This document shows positions 1 to 7,999 of a DNA stretch of 36,990 nt, piece by piece. Within the stretch, counting starts at the first letter, position 1. Every line of letters begins with the position of its first letter. The stretch comes from a virus (Duplodnaviria; Caudoviricetes), in the IMG/VR virus record IMGVR_UViG_3300044976_000008, positions 1-36,990 of that record. One strand, written 5' to 3'. A program made the translations under genes and the position numbers. Under the pieces are notes generated by a model. That model saw only the letters and a program-made list of their open reading frames with translations. It did no database searches and was not told where the DNA came from.

Positions 1-239
1 CCCCAAAAAAGCCCCGGGGGGATGAATGACTGAGACAATCCCGGTTGGCCTCCCGCCGGAGCCTTCTGGGTACGTTTAAAAGTGTACCATAAGTCCTCCC
101 TACGCCTAACAAACACCCGCTAAACATCTTTCAAGTACTATTGAATAGGGTCTCAACTAACAGCATTCAAGCGAGAACACCACTGAAACTTGACGACCCT
201 ATCATAGACCCATCTCGTCTAAAGTGGAAGGAGGATGCG

Positions 240-578
240 ATGGTTCGCAAAGCACCAGAACCAGTCCTTCCTCCTGCTGCAAAGACGCTTGAAGGACGAG
301 AAGACCAACTGATTGCTGCGGCCATGGATCTTGTCGAGAGACGGATTGCAGAGGGCTCAGCGTCGGCGCAAGAGACTGTACACTTTCTAAAACTTGGATC
401 CGTTCGTAACCAGTTGGAGCAGAGCAAGCTTAAAGCTGAAAACGAAATGTTGATCGCAAGAGTTAAAGACATGGAGTCCCGACAGAGCAGCGAGAGTCTG
501 TATGCTGAGGCACTTGCTGCATTCAAGGGTTACTCCGGTCAGACTTCACTGGAGGACGCAGATGAGGACGTATACTGA
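240..578 (+). CDS. Conserved phage protein, candidate terminase small subunit
   Basis: ATG at 240 follows AAGGAGG, a better start than 141. The helical motif 'EGREDQLIAAAMDLVERRIAEGSASAQETVHFLKLGS' and the position upstream of HNH at the start of the packaging module fit; function is inferred from position only. Confidence 0.5.
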   Translation: MVRKAPEPVLPPAAKTLEGREDQLIAAAMDLVERRIAEGSASAQETVHFLKLGSVRNQLEQSKLKAENEMLIARVKDMESRQSSESLYAEALAAFKGYSGQTSLEDADEDVY

Positions 579-966
579 GCTCTCACAACTTCCTACTATC
601 GAGGAACGATTTGACTATCTAGTATTGGACGGTGAGGTTGGGTATGCAACGTTCGGCTACGACCGGTGGGTCAACCAAGGCTTTTACAGATCCCGCGAGT
701 GGAAAGACGCTCGTAGTTTCGTCATCGCCAGAGATCTTGGATGCGACATGGGGGTACCAGACTTTCCAGTTCGTGGTGCACCCCACATTCATCATATCAA
801 CCCCATAACCATGGAAGACTTGGAGTTTGCAACAGATGCGTTGTTCTCTCCAGACAACCTAGTATGCGTGTCGCGCAAGACGCACAATGCAATTCACTTT
901 GGCGATCGGAGCCAACTTCCCTGGGTTCCGGCAGCACGAGCAGCAGGAGATACACGACTATGGTAA
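562..966 (+). CDS. HNH endonuclease (packaging-associated)
   Basis: ATG 562 after GGAGG. Contains FYRSREWKDAR..VIARDLGCD...HIHHINP...NLVCVSRKTHNAIH, an HNH signature typical of terminase-associated nucleases. Confidence 0.85.
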   Translation: MRTYTELSQLPTIEERFDYLVLDGEVGYATFGYDRWVNQGFYRSREWKDARSFVIARDLGCDMGVPDFPVRGAPHIHHINPITMEDLEFATDALFSPDNLVCVSRKTHNAIHFGDRSQLPWVPAARAAGDTRLW

Positions 967-981
967 CTATCGGAGGCTGTC

Positions 982-1473
982 TTGAACACCCCCTTCGTTG
1001 AAGCGCTCCACGTCGGTCCGCCGCAACGTCCTACGACAATTTTGGTAAAGCCATCATACACTACTGGTGAAAGAGGAGCAGCCAACGCTATTGCTCAAGC
1101 GTGGCATCAGCCTTACAACAAGGTTGACTCCTGTCACTACGTGGTCGACGAGTTCCAGACACTTAACTGTGTCCCTGACAAGATGGCTTCACACCCATAC
1201 GGCGTCGGTGCTTTCAAGAACGCACTGACCATCAACATGTGTTACAACCCGCCAGAAGAACCGACTCAACTGGTGATGTTCAACACCGCTAAACTCGTCG
1301 CTCAGCTGTGCAAGAAGTACCGGATTCGAGTTAAGTTTCTGACAGACGATGAGATTGATCAGTGGGGTAAGCGGAAGTGGAAGTCTCGAGGTGGTATTGA
1401 TACTCTTGACTGCTGGCCGCTGAACATCTACGAGTTCGAGGTTCTTATCCGAGCAGCGTTTAAAAATTTGTGA
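982..1473 (+). CDS. N-acetylmuramoyl-L-alanine amidase-like protein, apparently degenerate
   Basis: TTG after GGAGG. Motifs SCHYVVD, ASH and AKLVAQLCKKY match the Amidase_2 pattern, but the expected Zn ligands and catalytic Glu appear substituted. Confidence 0.6.
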   Translation: MNTPFVEALHVGPPQRPTTILVKPSYTTGERGAANAIAQAWHQPYNKVDSCHYVVDEFQTLNCVPDKMASHPYGVGAFKNALTINMCYNPPEEPTQLVMFNTAKLVAQLCKKYRIRVKFLTDDEIDQWGKRKWKSRGGIDTLDCWPLNIYEFEVLIRAAFKNL

Positions 1474-1486
1474 TTAGGAGTCCCCT

Positions 1487-1999
1487 ATGGGTCAGTATGA
1501 TCGCGTATCATGGCGAAACGAACCGATCTCTTTGCGTCAGAGGCAAGCTCTGATTGCCGTCGAGAAAGCGGTTCAGAAGAAGTATCCCAACTTTGAGTTC
1601 CAGGTTCCGCAAGGATCATGGCAGCCAGTTACTCCTTGGTCCGGCACGAGTCACGTTGGCGCTGGTGTCGTGGATTTGCAGTACTACGGTTTTTACGGAG
1701 ACGTGGGGTACTCTACCCCCGCCGAGAAAGCCAAGGCTCGATTCGTCTTTCGGGCGTTGCTTGACGTTGGTAAGCAGGCTGCGTTCTTCCGAGGCCCTTG
1801 GTCCAAGACGCCAAGCGATCCTAACGGAATGATTTTGCACTTCCACGTCTGTGACCTTGACACGCATGGTATGTCATACACGTCAAGGACGTTCCAGGTT
1901 CCAGAGTGGAAGCGTGGCAACGACGGTCTTATTCCAGGACGTCGCGATCGATTTGGCTACCGACCAGACCCAATTCGGAAGTGGCGTTTCCACAAGTAA
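1487..1999 (+). CDS. Endolysin, Zn-peptidase (M15-like) catalytic domain
   Basis: AGGAG RBS. QGSW..SGTSHVGAGVVD (H-x6-D) and LHFHVCD (HxH) resemble actinophage lysin peptidase domains. Confidence 0.65.
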   Translation: MGQYDRVSWRNEPISLRQRQALIAVEKAVQKKYPNFEFQVPQGSWQPVTPWSGTSHVGAGVVDLQYYGFYGDVGYSTPAEKAKARFVFRALLDVGKQAAFFRGPWSKTPSDPNGMILHFHVCDLDTHGMSYTSRTFQVPEWKRGNDGLIPGRRDRFGYRPDPIRKWRFHK

Positions 2000-2014
2000 C
2001 TCTTAGGGGGTGCA

Positions 2015-2491
2015 ATGCCATCATACCCAAGCGTGGATTTGTACCCCGGCCCAGATACCGTTCCAGGAGAGGAGGTGAGCATGCCTACCTACAGTGAGAG
2101 TATTCTGAACGAGACTAAGCAATCATTGGGTATCGCTCCCGACGTAACTGTCTTTGACAGCGAGATCAGACTTCACATCAACTCTGTGCTCGGTACTCTT
2201 AACCAGCTTGGAATCGGTCCTGTTGAGGGGTTTGAGATTGTCACCAATGCTGAAACTTGGGAAGACTTTCTCGGTACAGATCTTACTCTCAGTCCAGTAA
2301 AGACGTATGTTCACCTCCAAGTCAAGCTGAATTTTGACCCGCCATCAAACAGTTGGGCTACGGTTGCGATCAAAGAGCAGATTGAAGAACTGAAGTGGCG
2401 CATCAACGAAGCTCGAGAGTACACTATTCCGATTCCGGTTGATCCAGAAGATCTGGAAGACGATTACGTCCTTGACGGGGGTGTGATCTGA
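2015..2491 (+). CDS. Head-to-tail adaptor-like virion protein
   Basis: Motif SILNETKQSLGI..FDSEIRLHINSVLGTLNQLGIGP..VKLNFDPP..ELKWRIN. An alternative start at 2081 has a strong GAGGAGGTG RBS. Confidence 0.55.
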   Translation: MPSYPSVDLYPGPDTVPGEEVSMPTYSESILNETKQSLGIAPDVTVFDSEIRLHINSVLGTLNQLGIGPVEGFEIVTNAETWEDFLGTDLTLSPVKTYVHLQVKLNFDPPSNSWATVAIKEQIEELKWRINEAREYTIPIPVDPEDLEDDYVLDGGVI

Positions 2492-2838
2492 TGGGTCAGT
2501 ATGAGTTTAGGTTTCAGCGAGGTAGTTCAACTCGGTGGACAGATCTGAACCCTATTTTGGGCGCTGGAGAACCAGGCGTTGAGATCGACACCAAGAAGTT
2601 CAAGATTGGTGATGGGGCTACCCATTGGAATGATCTCGAGTACTTCATCAACGAAGCTGGTGTCACGGCTATTGTCGAGGACGCCCTTGCTGGGAGTGGG
2701 GGTGGCAGCGGCGACCCTCGCGTTGGTGACATGAATGACCTTTCTACGTCAGACAAGACGACTCTTGTCGGTGCCATCAACGAAGTAAACGATGACGTGT
2801 CACTTCTACTTCTTTACGACAACGCAAAGGCGGGATAA
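2491..2838 (+). CDS. Fibre-associated protein with Mtd/hyaluronidase N-terminal-like domain
   Basis: FQRGSSTRWTDLNPILGAGEPGVEIDTKKFKIGDG is the typical Mtd_N pattern, followed by VGDMNDLSTSDKTTLVGAINEV. TGATG overlap with the upstream gene. Confidence 0.7.
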   Translation: MGQYEFRFQRGSSTRWTDLNPILGAGEPGVEIDTKKFKIGDGATHWNDLEYFINEAGVTAIVEDALAGSGGGSGDPRVGDMNDLSTSDKTTLVGAINEVNDDVSLLLLYDNAKAG

Positions 2839-2840
2839 GC

Positions 2841-4340
2841 ATGGCTACCCTTCAAGTTAGGCTCCAGGACCTTATCACGGCCTTGGGCACGGACTGGAAA
2901 AACTTCAATACCAAGATTGGTACGGGCACACTTAACACGACTGCCCAGAACCTTGTCGCCGCCATCAACGAGGTTAAGGTAACCGCAGACGCGGCTAGTG
3001 GCGGAACCATTAACCTTGACAGTTTGACTGACGTAGTGATTACTACACCAGCGACTGGCCATGTTCTTCGTCACAACGGTAGTAGCTTCGTCAACGTACT
3101 TGGCACAGACTACTTTCAACCACTTGACTCTGACCTGACCGCTATTGCTGCTCTGACTACGACTTCATATGGTCGTGCTTTCTTGGAGCTGGCCAACCAA
3201 GCCGCTACAATGGCTCTACTGTCGGCGGCATCAACCTCAGCTCAAGGCATCGTCGAGCTTGCTACTGATGGTGAAACTACCACCGGTACTGACACGGCTC
3301 GAGCGATTACGCCGTCCAACTTGGCTGCATCTTGGACTGCTCGCATCGCCACGTCAACGTCGCTTGGCACCTCTGACACGCTGGTTCCTTCGCAGAACGC
3401 GGTCAAGGTCTATGCCGATGCGCTGATCGGTGCAGCTAACGGCATGGTGTTCAAGGGCGTCATTGACGCTTCGACCAACCCCAACTATCCAGCAGCTAAC
3501 GCTGGTGACTTGTACCGGATCAGTGTTGCAGGTAAGATCGGTGGCGCTTCCGGCCCCAACGTAGAGGTCGGCGACTTGATTCTGTGTCTCACTGACAGTA
3601 CGTCAGCTGGTACTCAGGCTGGTGTTGGTTCGAACTGGAACATCTCACAGGTCAACATTGATGGTGCTGTCACGGGTCCTGCGTCTGCGACGTCAGGTAA
3701 CTTGGCTTCGTACAATGGCACCACCGGCAAGGTCGTTCAGGATGCTGGTTTCTCGGCAAGCAACGCAGCCATTGGTGCTGGTTCAGCCACAATTCTCCCA
3801 ACGTCTGCTGCAGTGGTCGCCTATGCTCAGCCTATTGATTCGGATCTTACGGCAATTGCAGCGCTAACGACAACTTCATACGGCCGCGGTCTTCTGACTT
3901 TGGCTGATGCTGCTGCCCTTACTGCAGCTTTGTCTGCCGCCTCGGAGACTGTGTCTGGTCGTATCGAGATTGCAACTCAGGCTGAAACAGACACTGGTAC
4001 CGACGACGTCCGTGCTGTGACTCCGCTTAAGTTCCAGACTCGTTTGGCTGCTTATGCACAGCCACTCGACTCGGACCTTACCGCAATTGCAGCACTTACC
4101 ACGACTTCGTATGGCCGTGGCCTGCTTACTCTGGCTGATGCTGCTGCTCTGACTGCAGCACTTTCGGCTTCGTCGGAGACTGTATCTGGTCGGATTGAGA
4201 TTGCAACTCAGACTGAGACCAACACCGGAACCGACGATGTCCGTGCTGTGACTCCACTCAAGTTGGCCTCTAATATCACTACTCTCTTTGGTAACCCTGA
4301 CACCGATCTGGCGGCAGCTTACACTACAGCAAAGGCATAA
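2841..4340 (+). CDS. Tail/neck fibre protein with internal repeats
   Basis: Ala/Thr rich. Three copies of QP(L/I)DSDLTAIAALTTTSYGR and three G(I/R)(V/I)E(L/I)AT..ET.TGTD..RA(I/V)TP fibre repeats. Confidence 0.75.
   Translation: MATLQVRLQDLITALGTDWKNFNTKIGTGTLNTTAQNLVAAINEVKVTADAASGGTINLDSLTDVVITTPATGHVLRHNGSSFVNVLGTDYFQPLDSDLTAIAALTTTSYGRAFLELANQAATMALLSAASTSAQGIVELATDGETTTGTDTARAITPSNLAASWTARIATSTSLGTSDTLVPSQNAVKVYADALIGAANGMVFKGVIDASTNPNYPAANAGDLYRISVAGKIGGASGPNVEVGDLILCLTDSTSAGTQAGVGSNWNISQVNIDGAVTGPASATSGNLASYNGTTGKVVQDAGFSASNAAIGAGSATILPTSAAVVAYAQPIDSDLTAIAALTTTSYGRGLLTLADAAALTAALSAASETVSGRIEIATQAETDTGTDDVRAVTPLKFQTRLAAYAQPLDSDLTAIAALTTTSYGRGLLTLADAAALTAALSASSETVSGRIEIATQTETNTGTDDVRAVTPLKLASNITTLFGNPDTDLAAAYTTAKA
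3819..4262 (+). repeat. Tandem coding duplication, period 231 bp (77 aa)
   Basis: AYAQP...VTPLK starts at 3819 and again at 4050. Only 4 aa differ over 71, but there are many third-position changes. Confidence 0.9.
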
Positions 4341-4343
4341 ACC

Positions 4344-4751
4344 ATGGCTACCCTTCAATCGCGTCTTGAAAGTCTTATCACAGCAATCGGCGCTGACATG
4401 AAGGATGCTATTCCGTTCTATGTCCCGTTTGGTCGTACTGGTACCTTGGCCACTTTCACAGGACCAAGAGTATATTTTCCAGATGATGTAGAGCTGCTTG
4501 CAGTAACATTTGCGCTCACCACACAACCAACGGGTTCGTCAGCTATTTTTGAGGTACTGAAGAACGGATCGGGTACGTTTTCGTCGGACCCCACTATCTC
4601 AGCATCAACCAACGTTGCTTCTGCTGGTACGCTAGCAGGAACGACTACGTTCACAGCTAGAACGGACTACCTTCAGATCAGCTGTAGTCAGATTGGCTCT
4701 ACTGTTGCTGGTGCTGATCTCACTGGCGTTCTTAAGATGCGACTGGTTTAG
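4344..4751 (+). CDS. Accessory virion protein
   Basis: N-terminus MATLQSRLESLITAIGADMK parallels that of the 2841 gene; the C-terminal domain is beta-rich. Confidence 0.6.
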   Translation: MATLQSRLESLITAIGADMKDAIPFYVPFGRTGTLATFTGPRVYFPDDVELLAVTFALTTQPTGSSAIFEVLKNGSGTFSSDPTISASTNVASAGTLAGTTTFTARTDYLQISCSQIGSTVAGADLTGVLKMRLV

Positions 4752-4770
4752 TACCAGGAAAGGATTGCAT

Positions 4771-6099
4771 ATGCTGTTGCTTACAAGCACTTCGGATCTA
4801 TTGCGTGTTCTCACTGGTACTGCCGCTGACATTGATGTTCATGCATCTTGGGTTGACAACAACGCTGGGACAATTACGCCAGGTCGTACTAACACTATCA
4901 TTACAACTGCTACTACCACTACTGTGGTTGGTTCTCCCGCAGCATCGACTCAACGTACTGTCCAAACCATGTGGATTCGCAACGTGGATACAGCCGACAC
5001 TACGGACATCACGATCATCCACACAGACGGCACAAACGTTATTGATGCTTACAAGTGCACTCTTGCCCCCGGCGAAGCTCTTCACTACGAAGACGGAGTT
5101 GGGTTTATGCGGTTTAATGCCGCTGGTAACCCGGTGTCTCCTGGTCTAGCCTCTACGGCCAACGTCCAAGTATTTACTGCCGGTGGTACCTGGACAAAGC
5201 CTGCTGGAGCACAGGTCGTCATCGTCGAAGCCATTGGCGCTGGTGGTGGCGGTGGAGCTGGTGGTTCTTTGGCTACTGCCACGGTCTGTAAGGGCGGTGG
5301 CGGTGGTGGCGGGGGCGCGTGGATGCGAGGAGTATTTGCTGCATCTGACCTAGGTGCTACTGTCACAGTTACTTTGGGTACTGCAGGAACAGCAGGCTCA
5401 CCTGGTGCTGCTGGTGCTGCTGGTGCTGCTGGTGGCGTTGGTGGTAACACGACATTTGGTTCGTTCCTAACCGCTTTTGGTGGTGGCGGTGGCGCTGGTG
5501 GCGCCATTTCTGCGGCTGTGACGGGCGGTGGGGGCGGTGGTGGTGCTGGTGGTGCTGGCGGTTCGGGTTCGACTTCTGGCGGCACTGGTGGGCTTCCTAC
5601 GGCTGCGACAAACGGTGCTGCAGGTCAAGGTGTGACGGGCACTGTTGCTGTTTCGACGACTGGTAATGCGATTGATGGTGGCGCGGCGGGTGCTGGTAGC
5701 GCTTCGACTCCGGTGGCGTCGTCTCTTGGCGGCAGTTCGCTGCGCGGCGGCGGTGGTGGGGGTGCGGGTGGTTCTCACTCGGCGACCCCGACGAACGTCG
5801 CTGGCGGTGCGGGTGGTAGCTCGGGTGGTACGTATGCCGCGGGTGGTGGCGGTTCGGTCGGTACTGATGGTGCCGCTCCGACTGCTGGCGCAAATGGTGC
5901 TGCGGCCACGTCGGCTCGTGGCGGTTCTGGTGGCGGTGGTGGCGGAACCACTGTCACGGCGTCCACAAATGGTGCTGCCGGTGGTACAGGCGGCCAGGGC
6001 GGCGGAGGCGGCGGTGGTGGCGGTGCAGGCATGAACCCCGGACTCGGCGGCGCTGGCGGAGCTGGTGGAGCTGGATACTGTATCGTCTATTCTTACTAA
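4771..6099 (+). CDS. Glycine-rich virion (fibre/decoration) protein
   Basis: ATG 4771 after GAAAGGA. VQVFTAGGTWTKPAGAQVVIVEAIGAGGGGG...GGAGGAGYCIVYSY brackets a long Gly-rich domain typical of phage fibres. Confidence 0.75.
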   Translation: MLLLTSTSDLLRVLTGTAADIDVHASWVDNNAGTITPGRTNTIITTATTTTVVGSPAASTQRTVQTMWIRNVDTADTTDITIIHTDGTNVIDAYKCTLAPGEALHYEDGVGFMRFNAAGNPVSPGLASTANVQVFTAGGTWTKPAGAQVVIVEAIGAGGGGGAGGSLATATVCKGGGGGGGGAWMRGVFAASDLGATVTVTLGTAGTAGSPGAAGAAGAAGGVGGNTTFGSFLTAFGGGGGAGGAISAAVTGGGGGGGAGGAGGSGSTSGGTGGLPTAATNGAAGQGVTGTVAVSTTGNAIDGGAAGAGSASTPVASSLGGSSLRGGGGGGAGGSHSATPTNVAGGAGGSSGGTYAAGGGGSVGTDGAAPTAGANGAAATSARGGSGGGGGGTTVTASTNGAAGGTGGQGGGGGGGGGAGMNPGLGGAGGAGGAGYCIVYSY

Positions 6100-6111
6100 G
6101 TCGAGGACGAC

Positions 6112-6945
6112 ATGGATCTTATTTACGAACCAACATTTAAGTCAAAAGGATGGTTTGATCCAACTCTTGATGTTTCTGGTTGGTTCGATGATTCACTGTC
6201 TACCACAGTATCAAGCGGCCCAACCCTCCTTGTAGAAGAAAATTGTGATGACACACCAGGTACTGCTCTTACTACGGGTAACTCGGTGTTTGAGATTCTT
6301 AACGGATCTGGTACATCTAATTATGTAAGTACTCCTGCCCCAATTGGCGGAACTACTTGTTTAGCGTTTGATGGAACCGGTAGCGGTAATCAAAGAACGG
6401 CTAAAGATACCAGCGTGCTTCCTGGAACCCAAAACGGAGGCAGTGCAGCAAGGTTGATTTACGGCCGACTTTATATTCGTGCTAACGCTACCCCATCGGC
6501 CATCACAAGGTTCTTTGTGTTTGAGCAATCTGTTGCGGCCGGGGGCGCTGATATCGGATGTGTGAGAATTAATGCCACTGGAGCTTTTGCAATTCTAGAC
6601 GGCACTACTTCTCGTGGCGCATCTTCTCATGCTATTTCCACTACGGAGTGGACGAGAGTTGAGGTAGAGCTAGACCAAACTGCAAACACTATTACTGGTC
6701 GTCTGTGGTGGGGTGCAGATGTAAACAGCTCATCAACTTCTGCTACTAACTATGAAACCTGGTCTGGTGCTCTCAATAACAACAACGACGCTGAAGTTTG
6801 GGGTGTAGGGAACTACGCAACCAACACGGCTTCTATTCTCTACATAGACGAAGTAGCAGTAAGTCTAGAAGGTTGGATTGGACCATATAGCGCCCCACCA
6901 AGCGGAGAAACAAGTCAGTTCCAATTCGGAATCCCGATTGCCTAG
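6112..6945 (+). CDS. Lectin/LamG-like beta-sandwich virion protein
   Basis: GAGGA RBS. Beta-rich pattern YGRLYIR..VRINATG..EWTRVEVELD..LYIDEVAVS..WIGP. Confidence 0.55.
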   Translation: MDLIYEPTFKSKGWFDPTLDVSGWFDDSLSTTVSSGPTLLVEENCDDTPGTALTTGNSVFEILNGSGTSNYVSTPAPIGGTTCLAFDGTGSGNQRTAKDTSVLPGTQNGGSAARLIYGRLYIRANATPSAITRFFVFEQSVAAGGADIGCVRINATGAFAILDGTTSRGASSHAISTTEWTRVEVELDQTANTITGRLWWGADVNSSSTSATNYETWSGALNNNNDAEVWGVGNYATNTASILYIDEVAVSLEGWIGPYSAPPSGETSQFQFGIPIA

Positions 6946-6957
6946 GAAGGAGGATGT

Positions 6958-7989
6958 GTGGCTACCAGCAAGCTAGAAAAGTTCTTTGAAAGCCAGGGCC
7001 TCCGCCCAATGGGTACTTTGGCGCATTTCGGTATCAAGGGTATGAGGTGGGGTTTTCGCAAAGACGTTCCAATCGTTGGCGAAGCTGCATTAGACGGACC
7101 TAACGCTAGGCTTCGAGTTCTTAGCACAAGCGTTCGGCAAACACCATCTCTGAGACAAGATATTCGAAATACAACACAAACAGTTCGTCTATCAATGCTA
7201 AAACACGACTCTGGCATTACTAATATTCTTTCTGGTGTGAATAAAAAGTATGCAACAGCAGACAGAAACAACAAAGCTGTGGGTAAACAATACCACAAAG
7301 ATCTATCAATAGAATTGACTAAATTTGCTAGATCTAAAACCCCAAGTAATGTTGATTCTTTTGTTCATGTGGACAAAGTTGCTGCGAGACTGTATGTAGG
7401 AACGCCTAGAGTCATAAAAAGCATTGAAAAAGATGCGCTTAAACATTCTGAAGATGATGAACTAACTTCAATTCAATTCGATTTAGTTCTTGATTCTGAT
7501 GGACAAGTTATTGGTTTTGAAGAATCAAAACTCCAACATGCTTTGGAAGAGTTTTTGGCTCACTATGGCATCAAGGGAATGAAGTGGGGCTTTCGCAGGA
7601 CTGACGCGCAGCTAGCAAAAGCTAGAACTGACATTTCTCCAGATGCCGCGAGAGCTCAGAAGACTCTGGCGACCATCAAAAGTACAAAAAGCGTCTCTTC
7701 CGTCAGCGATGCAGATCTCAACCATCTGATCAATCGGATTAACACTGAAAAGCGGTATGCTGAGATCGCGACTTCCAAAGAAGTCAAGCCTTTGGCTACC
7801 ACACATAAGGGAATCAAGATCGCTCTTGGTGCTGGTAAGACCATGAACGCAGCTATTAGCTTTGCTAGGTCTCCTGCGGGAAGACTTCTGGCTTCTAAGG
7901 CTGGGTTGAAGAAGGTTGTCGACGTTGCTGATAAAGCGCAAGCGCTAGCTGATCTTGGCGAGATGGGACGTCCAAAGAAAGACTCATAG
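6958..7989 (+). CDS. Basic protein with two LAH(Y/F)GIKGM(K/R)WG motifs, candidate internal head protein
   Basis: GTG after AAGGAGG. Motif copies at 7018-7053 and 7555-7590; this motif is recalled as characteristic of this phage group. Confidence 0.7.
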   Translation: MATSKLEKFFESQGLRPMGTLAHFGIKGMRWGFRKDVPIVGEAALDGPNARLRVLSTSVRQTPSLRQDIRNTTQTVRLSMLKHDSGITNILSGVNKKYATADRNNKAVGKQYHKDLSIELTKFARSKTPSNVDSFVHVDKVAARLYVGTPRVIKSIEKDALKHSEDDELTSIQFDLVLDSDGQVIGFEESKLQHALEEFLAHYGIKGMKWGFRRTDAQLAKARTDISPDAARAQKTLATIKSTKSVSSVSDADLNHLINRINTEKRYAEIATSKEVKPLATTHKGIKIALGAGKTMNAAISFARSPAGRLLASKAGLKKVVDVADKAQALADLGEMGRPKKDS

Positions 7990-7999
7990 GAGGTGATCC

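Noticed and set aside
562-966. Mobile homing endonuclease or intron
   Set aside because: It is a short HNH with no extra DNA-binding domain, lies in the packaging module and does not interrupt another gene.
2491-4340. Diversity-generating retroelement (Mtd-like domain plus near-duplicate sequence)
   Set aside because: Only the Mtd N-terminal-like domain is present. Repeat differences are third-position synonymous rather than adenine-specific, both copies are coding, and no reverse transcriptase is in the window.
5230-6075. Collagen-like repeat or PE-PGRS host gene
   Set aside because: No sustained Gly-X-Y register and no PE domain; the flanking motifs fit phage glycine-rich fibre domains.
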